Counted from the first letter of the stretch, positions 10,165-19,255 are shown. The stretch: DNA of 46,809 nucleotides from SAR324 cluster bacterium (GCA_002401295.1 NVSR01000011.1:1-46809); one strand, 5' to 3'. The notes: generated from the letters alone by a model not told the origin. Made by a program: numbers and translations.

Positions 10165-10204
10165 CTTAGAGGTCCCTTTTCGCATGTAAAAATCGACCTC
10201 TAAG
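10165..10204. repeat. Perfect 10-bp inverted repeat with a 20-nt loop (H0)
   Basis: CTTAGAGGTC-(20 nt)-GACCTCTAAG. It starts 39 nt after the phosphoesterase stump. It opens with the same TTAGA..GGTCC word as H1 and H2. Confidence 0.6.
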
Positions 10205-10213
10205 AGGGTGCTC

Positions 10214-10270
10214 ATTAGAAAGGTCCGGTGACACGTTATTCAATCTAAATAAATGATGTATCACCGGATC
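10214..10270 (+). repeat. Hairpin element H1 (degenerate copy of H2)
   Basis: ATTAGAAAGGTCCGGTGACACGTTATT...AATGATGTATCACCGGATC. The outer stem GGTCCGGTGA/TCACCGGATC pairs at 9 of 10 positions. The inner stem is partly decayed. Confidence 0.55.
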
Positions 10271-10424
10271 TACAGCAGCACTATTGCAGAACCCTTCACA
10301 GCGACGATTTTTTAACTTTTTACAAGATGGAAGAAAATAAATTCCATTTGTAGGGGAGGTGCAAGGCAAAGTGGAGTTTGTCCATCTTTCATGATAAAAG
10401 CGTACATTTTTTTCTCCTCTCAAC

Positions 10425-10456
10425 GATGGGCACGGCGGAGCCTTTGCCCATCCTAC
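10425..10456 (-). repeat. REP-like GTAGG hairpin element with a different stem sequence
   Basis: The minus strand reads GTAGGATGGGCAAAGGCTCCGCCGTGCCCATC. The stem is ATGGGCA/TGCCCAT with a GC-rich loop. The architecture matches the elements at 2562 and 8520. Confidence 0.5.
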
Positions 10457-10524
10457 ACAAGAGGGAATGGTTACTTGGTTGTGGTAGACTTCCTAGGGGA
10501 ATTGAGTGGAATTGGGTCGTCGAA

Positions 10525-10580
10525 ATTAGAAAGATCCAATGACACATTATTTATCAGGACTAAATAATGTGTCATTGGGG
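10525..10580 (+). repeat. Hairpin element H2 (perfect 18-bp stem)
   Basis: ATTAGAAAGAT-CCAATGACACATTATTTA-tcaggac-TAAATAATGTGTCATTGG. The stem spans 10536..10553 and 10561..10578. Confidence 0.65.
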
Positions 10581-10632
10581 CTATCAATTGGAGATACAGA
10601 GGGAGGCTCCTTTATGATATAGAGGGGCAGTA

Positions 10633-10752
10633 ATGGCTTTTGATTTGACCGAGGTGGACACCTTAATTAGAGTGACCTCGAAGATCATTAGACAAAAAGA
10701 TAGAGGCTGTTATAGTGAACATATGACTTCTTTTTGTTTTATGGGAAAATGA
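10633..10752 (+). CDS. Possible 39-aa ORF upstream of the methyltransferase
   Basis: ATG preceded by GAGGGG about 7 nt upstream. It translates to MAFDLTEVDTLIRVTSKIIRQKDRGCYSEHMTSFCFMGK. I recognise no family. It is too short for a classical R-M controller protein. Confidence 0.12.
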   Translation: MAFDLTEVDTLIRVTSKIIRQKDRGCYSEHMTSFCFMGK

Positions 10753-10803
10753 TTTACTCATATATAGAACCCCTATTTTTTGAAAGATTAATATTACAAA
10801 AGT

Positions 10804-12477
10804 ATGCAACAAGTATTTGAATTTGATGATATTGTTTTATCAGAACTGGCACTCGAATGGGGGCAATCTGAAACGACTAAAGGACAGATTTATACTGACC
10901 CTATTGTGATTCGATTCATCTTAAACCTGTTGGGGGATGGGTCAGAGCAGCTTAAAAATAAAAAATTCCTTGAGCCTTCCTGTGGAGAAGGAGAGTTTAT
11001 TTTAGAAATAACAAAACGATTGATTAGATCCAGTCATGGGAAGCCAAGGTTAGTAGAATTATACGGGACAGTCACAGCTTATGATATCGTCAGTAAGAGT
11101 ATTGATATTGCGAAAAAAAACATTGGATCCTATCTAAAATCAGAAGGTTATAAACAAGAAGAAATAAACCCGTTATTAGAATCTTGGTTCCATCATGGAG
11201 ATTTCCTTTTATCAGCCATAACGGATGAATTTGATTATGTAGTGGGCAATCCTCCTTACGTGAGAGTAGAAAATATCCCCAAGCCACTTTTACGTGAATA
11301 TAGAGCTAGATATTCTTCAATGGGAAATAGGGCAGATCTTTACATTCCATTTTTTGAAAAGTCTCTTTCATTATTGAAAGCAGGTGGAAAACTGAATTTT
11401 ATCTGTACGGACAGGTGGACTAAAAATACCTATGGCAAACAATTACGACAAATTATATCCCGAGCCTATAACCTTGATCTTTTTGTAGATCTATATGGTG
11501 GTGATTTTTTCCATAAAAAAGTTAGTACCTATCCGGCGATTACACAAATTAGTAATAGAAATGGAAAAGCTCATCAGACAGTGGTGGCTTATAACCCTAA
11601 TCTCAGTGATAAGACTTATCAGCACCTACGGGATTTAATTGATCACAAAAATATAGAACCTCTCGGTAATATTCAGATTCGTGATGATATTGTCTGTTCA
11701 GATCATCCTTGGCTAATTACAGCTGATTCCGAAATCAATTTGATCAGAAAGCTGGAAGCAAAATTTCCCTTGCTTGAGGATGTGGGTTGTAAGGTCCATA
11801 TTGGCGCAGCTACCGGTTGTAATGACATCTTTGTTGTAAAAAAAGATCAACTGGATGTTGAGCCTTCAAGGCTTTTACCTGTGATTACGGCAGAAGAGGT
11901 TAAAGATAATGAAGTTCAGTGGAAGGAACGATACATCATCAATACCTATGATCAAAATGGAGTTATCGATTTAGAACAGTTTCCAAAATTATTGAAATAC
12001 TTGGAAGCTCATAAAGAACGGCTCTCAAATCGGCATGTAGCAAAAAAGTCACCAAAAAATTGGTTTAAAACGATTGATAGAGTATACCCCGAGCGTGCTG
12101 CGACTCCCAAGCTATTGATCCCTGATATAAAAAGTAAGCCGGTCATTATTTATGATGAAGGGCTGTTTCATCCGAATAACTCAATTTATTATATTATTTC
12201 AAAAAAGTGGGACATTTTTGCATTAAGAGCTGTGCTACTTTCCGGTATGAGCCAACTTTTTGTGAAAGCTTATACGACAAAAATTGCGAATGGATATTTT
12301 AGGTTTCAAGCCCAATATTTGAGGAAAATCAGAATCCCCGAATGGGATGCTGTGAATAAGGAAATTAAAGCCGGATTAATCAAAGCTGGCCGGGAAAGTG
12401 ATTTTGATAGCTGCACTTATTATGTCTCCTTACTTTATGAATTAACAGAAGCAGAGACGTTACAAATTAGAGGTTAA
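10804..12477 (+). CDS. Gamma-class N6-adenine DNA methyltransferase (TaqI/Eco57I-like catalytic domain plus C-terminal target-recognition domain)
   Basis: 557 aa. Motif I is FLEPSCGEGEF (SAM binding) and motif IV is VVGNPPYV, in the order I then IV. Next comes ADLYIPFFEKSL..LK.GG.L.FI. A long C-terminal region (HIGAATGCNDIFVV...) resembles TaqI-type specificity domains. Confidence 0.88.
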   Translation: MQQVFEFDDIVLSELALEWGQSETTKGQIYTDPIVIRFILNLLGDGSEQLKNKKFLEPSCGEGEFILEITKRLIRSSHGKPRLVELYGTVTAYDIVSKSIDIAKKNIGSYLKSEGYKQEEINPLLESWFHHGDFLLSAITDEFDYVVGNPPYVRVENIPKPLLREYRARYSSMGNRADLYIPFFEKSLSLLKAGGKLNFICTDRWTKNTYGKQLRQIISRAYNLDLFVDLYGGDFFHKKVSTYPAITQISNRNGKAHQTVVAYNPNLSDKTYQHLRDLIDHKNIEPLGNIQIRDDIVCSDHPWLITADSEINLIRKLEAKFPLLEDVGCKVHIGAATGCNDIFVVKKDQLDVEPSRLLPVITAEEVKDNEVQWKERYIINTYDQNGVIDLEQFPKLLKYLEAHKERLSNRHVAKKSPKNWFKTIDRVYPERAATPKLLIPDIKSKPVIIYDEGLFHPNNSIYYIISKKWDIFALRAVLLSGMSQLFVKAYTTKIANGYFRFQAQYLRKIRIPEWDAVNKEIKAGLIKAGRESDFDSCTYYVSLLYELTEAETLQIRG

Positions 12478-12481
12478 CTCA

Positions 12482-12682
12482 ATGATAATTGATGCAAAAT
12501 GGTTAGATCAAGCAGTAAAAAAAGCAGTCAAAGAATTCTGGAGAGTTAAGGCAATTCTTTATCGTACGAATGATTTTAGATCAGAGGAATCTGGCCGATT
12601 GCCTTTCTTTCCTTCATCATTCGACTTCAGCGGTTCGATATTCGATATTCAAATGGAGGATAAAGACAGGAAAACAAACTGA
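12482..12682 (+). pseudogene. 66-codon stub 4 nt after the methyltransferase stop; possibly the remnant of the partner (restriction?) gene
   Basis: The tight spacing is operon-like. The reading frame runs straight into the repeat at 12601..12652 and ends. Only about the first 25 codons (MIIDAKWLDQAVKKAVKEFWRVKA) look protein-like. Confidence 0.3.
12601..12652 (-). repeat. Pseudo-coding repeat, inverted copy, right edge of the island
   Basis: The reverse complement reads TTGAATATCGAATATCGAACCGCTGAAGTCGAATGATGAAGGAAAGAAAGGC (L-NIEYRTAEVE...). Its first 12 nt match 9306..9317 at 11 of 12 positions. The remainder is related only at the pseudo-peptide level. Confidence 0.45.
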
Positions 12683-12701
12683 GGGGAAAATAGGCGTGCA
12701 C

Positions 12702-12766
12702 CCTAGAGCCAGTTGCCTTGCTCTAGGATGGATAGGGGAAGTAACTGGAGCACAGGAAGTTGCTCC
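12702..12766 (-). terminator. Two hairpins downstream of napB
   Basis: GGAGCA-caggaagt-TGCTCC lies at 12747..12766 and CCTAGAGC-(10 nt)-GCTCTAGG at 12702..12727. Both come directly after the napB stop on the minus strand. Neither has a strong U-tract. Confidence 0.35.
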
Positions 12767-12778
12767 AATCAACTCAGA

Positions 12779-13360
12779 CTAGTATTGGAAAGTATTGAGA
12801 TCTTCCAATATGTCTTTCTTGGCATTCGCAGGCTGAACCTTGCTGAACTCATTCTCGACCAATGGGTCCAGGTTCATAGCCTGAGGTACATGGCAAGTAG
12901 TACAGTTGTATCGTTCGTTGTTGATACCTTCTTCTACTTTGGCAAATCCTTGAACTTCATGCAGCTGTCCGCTTGTAGTATTCTCACGAGTTACCATTTT
13001 GATCACAGCCTTGATCTTGTGGCTGTTAGAAACACCGGGAGTCTCCTCATCACCTTCTTCGTGGCAATCCAGGCAGTCTTCACCTGTAGCAGTATCCTCA
13101 ACTTTGTGAGGAACTAGAGGTGGAGCATCATAGAAGGAGCGAGCGAATTTTTCGTTGCCTTCTCCTGGTTCTGTTTCATTGTACTGTGGAGCTTCCAAAA
13201 TAGGAGTTTCCGCGAACACACTTTCTGTTCGTAAAGAGATTTCGTTCTCACCTACCGCAGGTTGCTCACCATCAGTAGTGTTACTGGAGCTACAGCTCAT
13301 CAGGGTTGTACTGATGATCAAACTTGCTCCAATGAGAACCCATTTATTTGTACGCATCAT
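12779..13360 (-). CDS. napB: Periplasmic nitrate reductase dihaem cytochrome c subunit NapB (apparent lipoprotein signal)
   Basis: 193 aa with two CXXCH motifs (CLDCH, CTTCH). The NapB-type APPLVPH motif precedes haem 1. The N-terminus is MMRTNKWVLIGASLIISTTLMSC, with a Cys at the end of the signal peptide. Confidence 0.85.
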   Translation of the reverse strand: MMRTNKWVLIGASLIISTTLMSCSSSNTTDGEQPAVGENEISLRTESVFAETPILEAPQYNETEPGEGNEKFARSFYDAPPLVPHKVEDTATGEDCLDCHEEGDEETPGVSNSHKIKAVIKMVTRENTTSGQLHEVQGFAKVEEGINNERYNCTTCHVPQAMNLDPLVENEFSKVQPANAKKDILEDLNTFQY

Positions 13361-13406
13361 CTTACCTCGATAATATTTTTGTGAATTCCGTACTTGGGAT
13401 ATTGGT

Positions 13407-14240
13407 TTATTTTTTTGTTCTGAATGAAAACTGAAAGCAATCTTCCGGGCAAACCGTCACGCAGCGACCACAGTTGGTACAATTTCCGGAACTGACCATG
13501 GATTCCTCTCCAATCCGTCGGAGATTCAAAACCTGTGGTTCCGGGCAAATACGATGACAATCCCCACATTTTGTACAAGGATCCTGATTGAACTGAATGC
13601 GGATCAAACTCATTTTTCCCGGAATGCTGTAAAAAGCACCCAAAGGACAGAGATGACCACACCAGCCTCCACGCTGACCAAAGAGGTCGAAAAGAAAAAT
13701 CATAGCGGCTGCAACCCATCCTAACTTCATCCCGAAAATTAATTCTCGTTGCAACATCGAGATCGGGCTGATCCATTCAAAAGCAGCGACTCCCGTCAAT
13801 GCGGAAAGAATCAGGGCTAAAGCTAAAATATAATAGCGAACCCGACGGCTGATTTGGATGGCACTAGGAATTTTGAGCCAATTTCGTAACTTCAAAGAGC
13901 TATCAGTGACGATATTCATCGGACAGACCCAGCTACAAAAACTACGTCCCCCCACCAGTGCATAAAATACCAGGATGATTCCCGCTCCCAATAAAGTTTC
14001 CGTGAACAAGCTATGTCCGGTAAACAAAATCTGCAGAGCCGCAAAGGGATCTGCCAGGGGAATAATCCCAAGAAATGTGGAAGAAGACAAATTTCCTTCC
14101 AGGATCTCCACACCGCCGACTTTCCAATCGAAATGTACACTCACATAAAAGAGCAAAAGAATCCCGATCTGTGAAATGCGACGACTGATCAGGAATCGAT
14201 TGTTTTTCAACCAACTAATCATAGAGAGTCCCCATGTCAT
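13407..14240 (-). CDS. napH: Quinol dehydrogenase membrane subunit NapH
   Basis: 277 aa with four hydrophobic helices. It has CSWVCP and CGHLCP motifs and two C-terminal ferredoxin motifs (CTKCGDCHRICP, CTNCGRCVTVCP). An alternative ATG at 14222 would overlap the napG stop as ATGATTAG. Confidence 0.85.
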   Translation of the reverse strand: MTWGLSMISWLKNNRFLISRRISQIGILLLFYVSVHFDWKVGGVEILEGNLSSSTFLGIIPLADPFAALQILFTGHSLFTETLLGAGIILVFYALVGGRSFCSWVCPMNIVTDSSLKLRNWLKIPSAIQISRRVRYYILALALILSALTGVAAFEWISPISMLQRELIFGMKLGWVAAAMIFLFDLFGQRGGWCGHLCPLGAFYSIPGKMSLIRIQFNQDPCTKCGDCHRICPEPQVLNLRRIGEESMVSSGNCTNCGRCVTVCPEDCFQFSFRTKK

Positions 14241-15003
14241 TCAAAGAGTCGAGCGCATTGTTCAGCATTTCATTGCTTTCCTGTTGCCTTTCCTCTTTAG
14301 TTTTCTCCGGACTAGAATCTTTGAAGTTACTGATTTTTGTTTTTTCCTTCCATCCCAGGCGATAGTTACTACCGAGTTTTCCTTGTGCTAATTTGTGCGG
14401 TAAAATACGAATTGCTGATTCTTCCAGAATGCAGACTTGTTCGCACATACCACAGCCCGTACAAACGTCGGAATGAACCACTGGCTCAAAGAAAGCATGC
14501 TTTCCCGTTCGTTCCTGCGGACGATAGTTAATTGTGAGCGCCTTATCGATTAAAGGACATTGGCGATAACAAACTTCGCAACGCAGTCCTTGGAAAGCAA
14601 TGCAGGCTTCCTGGTCGATCAGCACAGCCAACCCCATACGGGAGTCATTGATCTCGATTTCTCGATCAAGGGCTCCTGTAGGACAAGAACGGGCACAGGG
14701 AACATCCTCGCACATGTAACAAGGAATCTCTCTCGCCGTAAAATGGGGTACGCCAATCTCACCATCCTCACCCACTTTCGTTAGAGAGAGGGTTTCGTAA
14801 GGACAGGCATCCACACACTGACCACACTTGATGCAAGTCGCCAGAAAATCCTTTTCCGGTAAAGCACCAGGTGGTCTCAATGCAAATGCATTTGCTTTGG
14901 ACTCTACCAGCACATGACCCCAGAGCGCACCACCTACAATACTGGCGGTACTGACCTGACCCACGCGGATAAAAAAGTCCCTGCGAGAACTGGTTTTAGC
15001 CAT
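14215..15003 (-). CDS. napG: Periplasmic ferredoxin-type subunit NapG
   Basis: 262 aa. The Tat signal is SRRDFFIRVG. Four Cys clusters are present (CIKCGQCVDACP, CYMCEDVPCARSCP, CEVCYRQCP, CTGCGMCEQVC). It lies between napA and napH. Confidence 0.85.
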   Translation of the reverse strand: MAKTSSRRDFFIRVGQVSTASIVGGALWGHVLVESKANAFALRPPGALPEKDFLATCIKCGQCVDACPYETLSLTKVGEDGEIGVPHFTAREIPCYMCEDVPCARSCPTGALDREIEINDSRMGLAVLIDQEACIAFQGLRCEVCYRQCPLIDKALTINYRPQERTGKHAFFEPVVHSDVCTGCGMCEQVCILEESAIRILPHKLAQGKLGSNYRLGWKEKTKISNFKDSSPEKTKEERQQESNEMLNNALDSLNDMGTLYD

Positions 15004-15009
15004 AGAAAA

Positions 15010-17781
15010 TTACGCTTTTGTGATGCGAACGGCGCATTTTTTATAATCAGTTTCCTTTGACAATGGACAAGTTTGATCCAAAGTTAACTTGTTGATCAAC
15101 ACGTGCTCGTCGAAGAAAGGAACAAAGATCAAGCCTTTTGGAGGTTGATTTCGTCCTTGTGTCTCGATACGGGCTTTAACGAAACCACGGATCGATTCAA
15201 CTTTCACCAGGTCGTTACGCTTCAGTCCTCTCTTGGTCGCATCGGCTGGATGCAAATAAACCAGGGCATGAGGCACGGCTCGATAAAGCTCGGGAACTCG
15301 TCGAGTCATCGTACCGGAATGCCAATGCTCTAGCACACGTCCCGTACACAGCCACAGGTCATATTTATCATTTGGCCGTTCTGGAGGCGCACTGTAGGGG
15401 TGGAAGAAAATCTTGGCTTTACCATCAACAATCACGCCGTTTTCTTTCTTGGTAAACAGTTTGACTTTAGGCTTACTCTTATCCCAATCTTCCAGGTCAC
15501 CAGTATAGATGGCCTTCTGCAGTGGTCCGTAGAAGTTAAATCCTTGTCCCGGCTTAACGTAGGGATCAAAACCTTCTCGGTAACGCCATTGAGTTTCCTT
15601 ACCGTTGATTACAGGCCATCGCAGGCCACGTACTTTGTGGTAAGTATCGAAAGAAGCCAAATCATGACCATTACCCTTACCGAAGAGGCGGTACTCTTCC
15701 CAGATTGCTTTCTGAGCGAAGAAACCCATGTCTTCAGCAATATGGTTCTTATGACCGTTAGCCACTTCAGAGTTGGCATCGTACTTATATTTCTTGCCTT
15801 CATTTTCAAAGAGAACTTTGAAAAGAGTGTCTTCCGGGCTATAACCCATCTCCTTGGCACCAGGTAGTACGTCAGGTAAGGTATTGCCGTATTGCTCTTT
15901 CCACATCTTATCGAATTTTCCAACAGGCAGATTGATCTTGAAATCATACTTGCCCCAAACTTCTTTCAGCTGAAAGCGCTTGGAAAATTCCATTAGTTGC
16001 CAGAGATCACCCTTGGCTTCACCAGGAGGTGAAACTTGCTCTCGCCAATGCTGAGTTCGTCGCTCGGCATTACCATAAGCTCCCCACTTCTCATAAATCA
16101 TGGCGGTGGGCAGAATTAGATCGGCCACTTTAGCGGAGATTGTTGGGTAAGGATCAGAACAAACGATGAATGCATCTTGCTCACGAGCCGCTTCGATCCA
16201 GCCGTTGATATTGGCATAAGTCTGGAAAGGATTGGCTACCATAGTCCAATGGAAACCCAGCTTACCAGCTTGCAGGTCACGCATCATCTTCACAGCATGG
16301 GCACCAGGCTGTGGATTCAGGGTACCTGTAGGCAACTTCCAAATTTTCTCTGTCTTAGCTCGATGAGGAGCCACGAAAACCAACTTATCAGCAGGCAGAC
16401 GATGAGAGAAAACTCCAACCTCACGAGCCGTACCACAAGCGGAAGGCTGACCAGTCAGAGAGAAGGCACCGTTACCAGGTGTGGATTGCTTACCCATGAG
16501 TAGATGGACAGCATAAGCCAGCTCGTTCACCCATGTTCCACGAGTGTGCTGATTCATACCCATAGTCCAGAAGGAAACGACTTTACGTGACTGCTCACCA
16601 TAAAGCTCAGCCAACTCAACCAGCTTTGCCTTGAACTCTTCCAGATCTTCGTCCTCGTCTCCCTTAGCCAATTTGGCAACGAAATCGAGTGTGTAAGGCT
16701 CCAGAGCTTTGGTATAATCCTCTTGACTGATAGCCCATTGATACAATAGCCCAACAGGCTTTTGTGCCCAAGGCTTGCCAGCCATTTCGGGCATGCCCAT
16801 GCCAATGGCTTCTTCTTCAGTCAGAATGACTTCTTTCTCTCGCTTATCAGTCTTTGGCAGACCATAACCGATGTTATTTGGACTTGTAGCGAAAACTGTG
16901 TGCTTCTTAACGAAATCCCAATTGACGTAATCTTTATCAATCAAATACTTAGCGATAAAATTGAAAATCGCGATATCTGTACTAGGCTTGAAAATGATTT
17001 CAGTATCAGCCAGGTCACAACTTCGATGTCGGTAAGTAGATAGAACTATAATTTTGGTTCTGTCAGGGCTGGTCAACTTACGGTCAGTGACACGAGACCA
17101 TAAGATGGGGTGCATTTCCGCCATGTTGGAACCCCAAAGAATCATCGTATCGGTGACCTCAATGTCATCATAACATCCTGGGGGCTCATCCATACCGAAG
17201 ACACGATAGAAACCAACTACAGCTGACGCCATACAGTGACGAGCGTTGGGATCAATCGTATTGGAGCGGAAACCAGCTTTCCACAACTTGGCTGCGGCAT
17301 AGCCTTCATCAATGGTGTACTGTCCAGAACCGAAGAGAGCGAGGCCAGTAGGGCCTTTTTCTTTCAGTGTTTTTTTAGCTTTTTCAGCCATGATTTCGAA
17401 AGCTTCATCCCAGGATACAGGAGTGAACTTACCTTTCTTGTCAAACTTGCCGTTGGTCTTTCGCAGCAGGGGCTGAGTCAAACGATCCTTACCGTAAAGG
17501 ATCTTGGCGTTAAAATAGCCCTTCACACAGTTTAAGCCACGATTAACCGGACTCTGAGGGTCACCTTTCACGGAAACAATTTTTCCGTCTTTGGTAGCTA
17601 CCTGGATTCCACAACCTGTTCCACAGAATCGACAGACAGATTTATCCCATTTCCAGCCTTCGCCTTGTCCTGCATAATCCAGCAGTGCGGCGTCAGCTTC
17701 TTTCGGCAAATTCATCCCCACGGCAGCAGCAGCGGAAGCAGCTACAGATGCCTTGAGGAAACTTCTTCGCTTCATGTTCAC
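15010..17781 (-). CDS. napA: Periplasmic nitrate reductase catalytic subunit NapA (Mo-bisMGD, 4Fe-4S)
   Basis: 923 aa. The Tat signal is [22 protein letters not shown]. The N-terminal cluster motif is CRFCGTGCG, followed by a long molybdopterin oxidoreductase body. The length matches the long (about 920-aa) NapA form. Confidence 0.95.
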   Translation of the reverse strand: MNMKRRSFLKASVAASAAAAVGMNLPKEADAALLDYAGQGEGWKWDKSVCRFCGTGCGIQVATKDGKIVSVKGDPQSPVNRGLNCVKGYFNAKILYGKDRLTQPLLRKTNGKFDKKGKFTPVSWDEAFEIMAEKAKKTLKEKGPTGLALFGSGQYTIDEGYAAAKLWKAGFRSNTIDPNARHCMASAVVGFYRVFGMDEPPGCYDDIEVTDTMILWGSNMAEMHPILWSRVTDRKLTSPDRTKIIVLSTYRHRSCDLADTEIIFKPSTDIAIFNFIAKYLIDKDYVNWDFVKKHTVFATSPNNIGYGLPKTDKREKEVILTEEEAIGMGMPEMAGKPWAQKPVGLLYQWAISQEDYTKALEPYTLDFVAKLAKGDEDEDLEEFKAKLVELAELYGEQSRKVVSFWTMGMNQHTRGTWVNELAYAVHLLMGKQSTPGNGAFSLTGQPSACGTAREVGVFSHRLPADKLVFVAPHRAKTEKIWKLPTGTLNPQPGAHAVKMMRDLQAGKLGFHWTMVANPFQTYANINGWIEAAREQDAFIVCSDPYPTISAKVADLILPTAMIYEKWGAYGNAERRTQHWREQVSPPGEAKGDLWQLMEFSKRFQLKEVWGKYDFKINLPVGKFDKMWKEQYGNTLPDVLPGAKEMGYSPEDTLFKVLFENEGKKYKYDANSEVANGHKNHIAEDMGFFAQKAIWEEYRLFGKGNGHDLASFDTYHKVRGLRWPVINGKETQWRYREGFDPYVKPGQGFNFYGPLQKAIYTGDLEDWDKSKPKVKLFTKKENGVIVDGKAKIFFHPYSAPPERPNDKYDLWLCTGRVLEHWHSGTMTRRVPELYRAVPHALVYLHPADATKRGLKRNDLVKVESIRGFVKARIETQGRNQPPKGLIFVPFFDEHVLINKLTLDQTCPLSKETDYKKCAVRITKA

Positions 17782-17883
17782 TTTCCTCTCCCTAAAATAA
17801 TTTCGGAATTTTTTGAACTGAAGGGACTAGGTCCCTAAAAATAGACAACAGAGTTGCCATTAAAGCTATAAGAGCTTTAGAAA

Positions 17884-18243
17884 CTAGAAATCAGACAGCC
17901 CTTTCATGGACTGATAGACTCCCGGTGCTTTTTGATCCATATCGTTATTATCGAGATACTGTGGAATATGCTCGGGATCCGCTTGATGTGTAGCGTCCCA
18001 CATTCCCTGCATTTCATCTTCAAAACAATACTGAATCATGGTGGCGGAAATAGCGTGAGGCATGGCTTTCAGCGCTTTGATGCGCGCCAGGTCCTCTTCA
18101 GTATTCTCACCTTCAACAATTACAATCATCCGACCGTCTTCTTCTACATGATGTACTTCAGCCCAAGGCAGTGCATTGAGGCTTTCTTGAAAAGGAAGTA
18201 GGTGCTCCGGAGGAGTGCAAACTAAAATTGCGGAAATATTCAT
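17884..18243 (-). CDS. napD: NapD-like Tat chaperone for NapA
   Basis: 119 aa, directly upstream of napA. The pattern MNISAILVCT..........L...P.AEVH......GR.IVIVEG matches the NapD fold signature as I remember it. Confidence 0.68.
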   Translation of the reverse strand: MNISAILVCTPPEHLLPFQESLNALPWAEVHHVEEDGRMIVIVEGENTEEDLARIKALKAMPHAISATMIQYCFEDEMQGMWDATHQADPEHIPQYLDNNDMDQKAPGVYQSMKGLSDF

Positions 18244-18277
18244 AAACTTTTTCCAGTAGAATTGTGCCGGTTATCGG

Positions 18278-19255
18278 TTATTGTAAGGGGCGCACAAATA
18301 TGCGGGCGTCATTCCCACTGCTCAACAGCGTGTTGGGATTAATAAAATGAAGGGTATTGATAAAAGCAGTGTGTCCCGTTAAACGTTGTTCTAACTTGCG
18401 AGTGGACAAGTTAAAAATCCCGATTTCAAAGTTGGGCAAATGGAAGGCTATTTTTTCCTTCCCATTCCAGGCCACGGAATTGATGTAAAAATCACTGTAA
18501 TAGAGCTGGGTCGGTTTGCCCCTTTTTAGATTCCAGAGCAGTAACTTTTTATCCTTGGAGCCGGAAAGTACCTGGTCATTACCGACAAAAGTGACTCCAT
18601 AAACCGTATCGCGGTGGCCATCTAATTCTTGAACCAGGGTCCCTGTTTCTGTGTTGATGATTTTGATGGTAGAAGCGGCTGTTGTGACCGCCATCAGACT
18701 GCGATCTGGAGAAAGCTGAATGTTGTTCACGGGATCCATCTCTACCTGAACCCGATAAATTTCTTTTTCCTGTTGGATGTCAATCAGCCGAACCGTGCCA
18801 TCGATTAATCCCAGGAGAATGCGATTTTCATCTAAAAATCTCACTACTAATACATTCTCAATTCCAGGGATGGCTTGTTTTTTGATTAGTCGTGGAGGAT
18901 TAGTCGAAAAGAGCATGATTTGCCCCAGGGAATTTCCCGCAGCGAGTGTTTGTCGGCTGGGAGAAAGTGCGAGGCTAAAGATAGTGGGAGGAAAGCTATC
19001 CTCATCCATAGGGGGGAGACTGATTAGGTCTGGTTCAGCTTGATTGGTTTTCAAATTAAACTGATTGATCTTTCCCGTCTGGGTCGCGGCAAAAATGCGA
19101 ACTCCATCGGTGACGGACTCTAAAATCATATGATCCGCACGAAAGCGAACCCCTTCATCGCCAAAGGCGCTAGCTGTCCAGAACAGGTAGAATGATAAGA
19201 TCAGTAGCACTGGAAATTTTTTGAACTTCCAGTTTGTTTTAAACCAGCTTTGCAT
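18278..19255 (-). CDS. Periplasmic WD40/beta-propeller protein, NapL-like by position
   Basis: It has a signal peptide (KFKKFPVLLILSFYLFWTASAFG). WD-type repeats include GHRDTVYGVTFVGNDQVLSGSKDKKLLLWNL and GHTAFINTLHFINPNTLLSSGNDARIFV. It is co-directional and 34 nt upstream of napD. I chose the ATG at 19255 over the TTG at 19279. Confidence 0.5.
   Translation of the reverse strand: MQSWFKTNWKFKKFPVLLILSFYLFWTASAFGDEGVRFRADHMILESVTDGVRIFAATQTGKINQFNLKTNQAEPDLISLPPMDEDSFPPTIFSLALSPSRQTLAAGNSLGQIMLFSTNPPRLIKKQAIPGIENVLVVRFLDENRILLGLIDGTVRLIDIQQEKEIYRVQVEMDPVNNIQLSPDRSLMAVTTAASTIKIINTETGTLVQELDGHRDTVYGVTFVGNDQVLSGSKDKKLLLWNLKRGKPTQLYYSDFYINSVAWNGKEKIAFHLPNFEIGIFNLSTRKLEQRLTGHTAFINTLHFINPNTLLSSGNDARIFVRPLQ

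Noticed and set aside
10166-10423. 85-aa Cys-rich minus-strand ORF in the island
   Set aside because: The reading frame runs straight through hairpins H0 and H1, so its sequence is dictated by the palindromes. It shows no start context and no family resemblance.
10804-12477. Compositional (GC) evidence that the methyltransferase is foreign
   Set aside because: My spot counts of 60-nt samples gave similar G+C for the methyltransferase and for napA, about 37-38 percent each. I cannot support a compositional argument without a proper sliding-window calculation.
12570-13117. 70-aa and 134-aa plus-strand ORFs over the napB region
   Set aside because: They are antisense to napB, which has both haem motifs. 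The upstream one runs through repeat and hairpin sequence.
13357-13776. 139-aa same-strand alternative-frame ORF inside napH, plus other short ORFs inside napA, napG and napH in alternative or antisense frames
   Set aside because: All are nested within genes that carry clear Nap signatures. Nothing supports overlapping coding.
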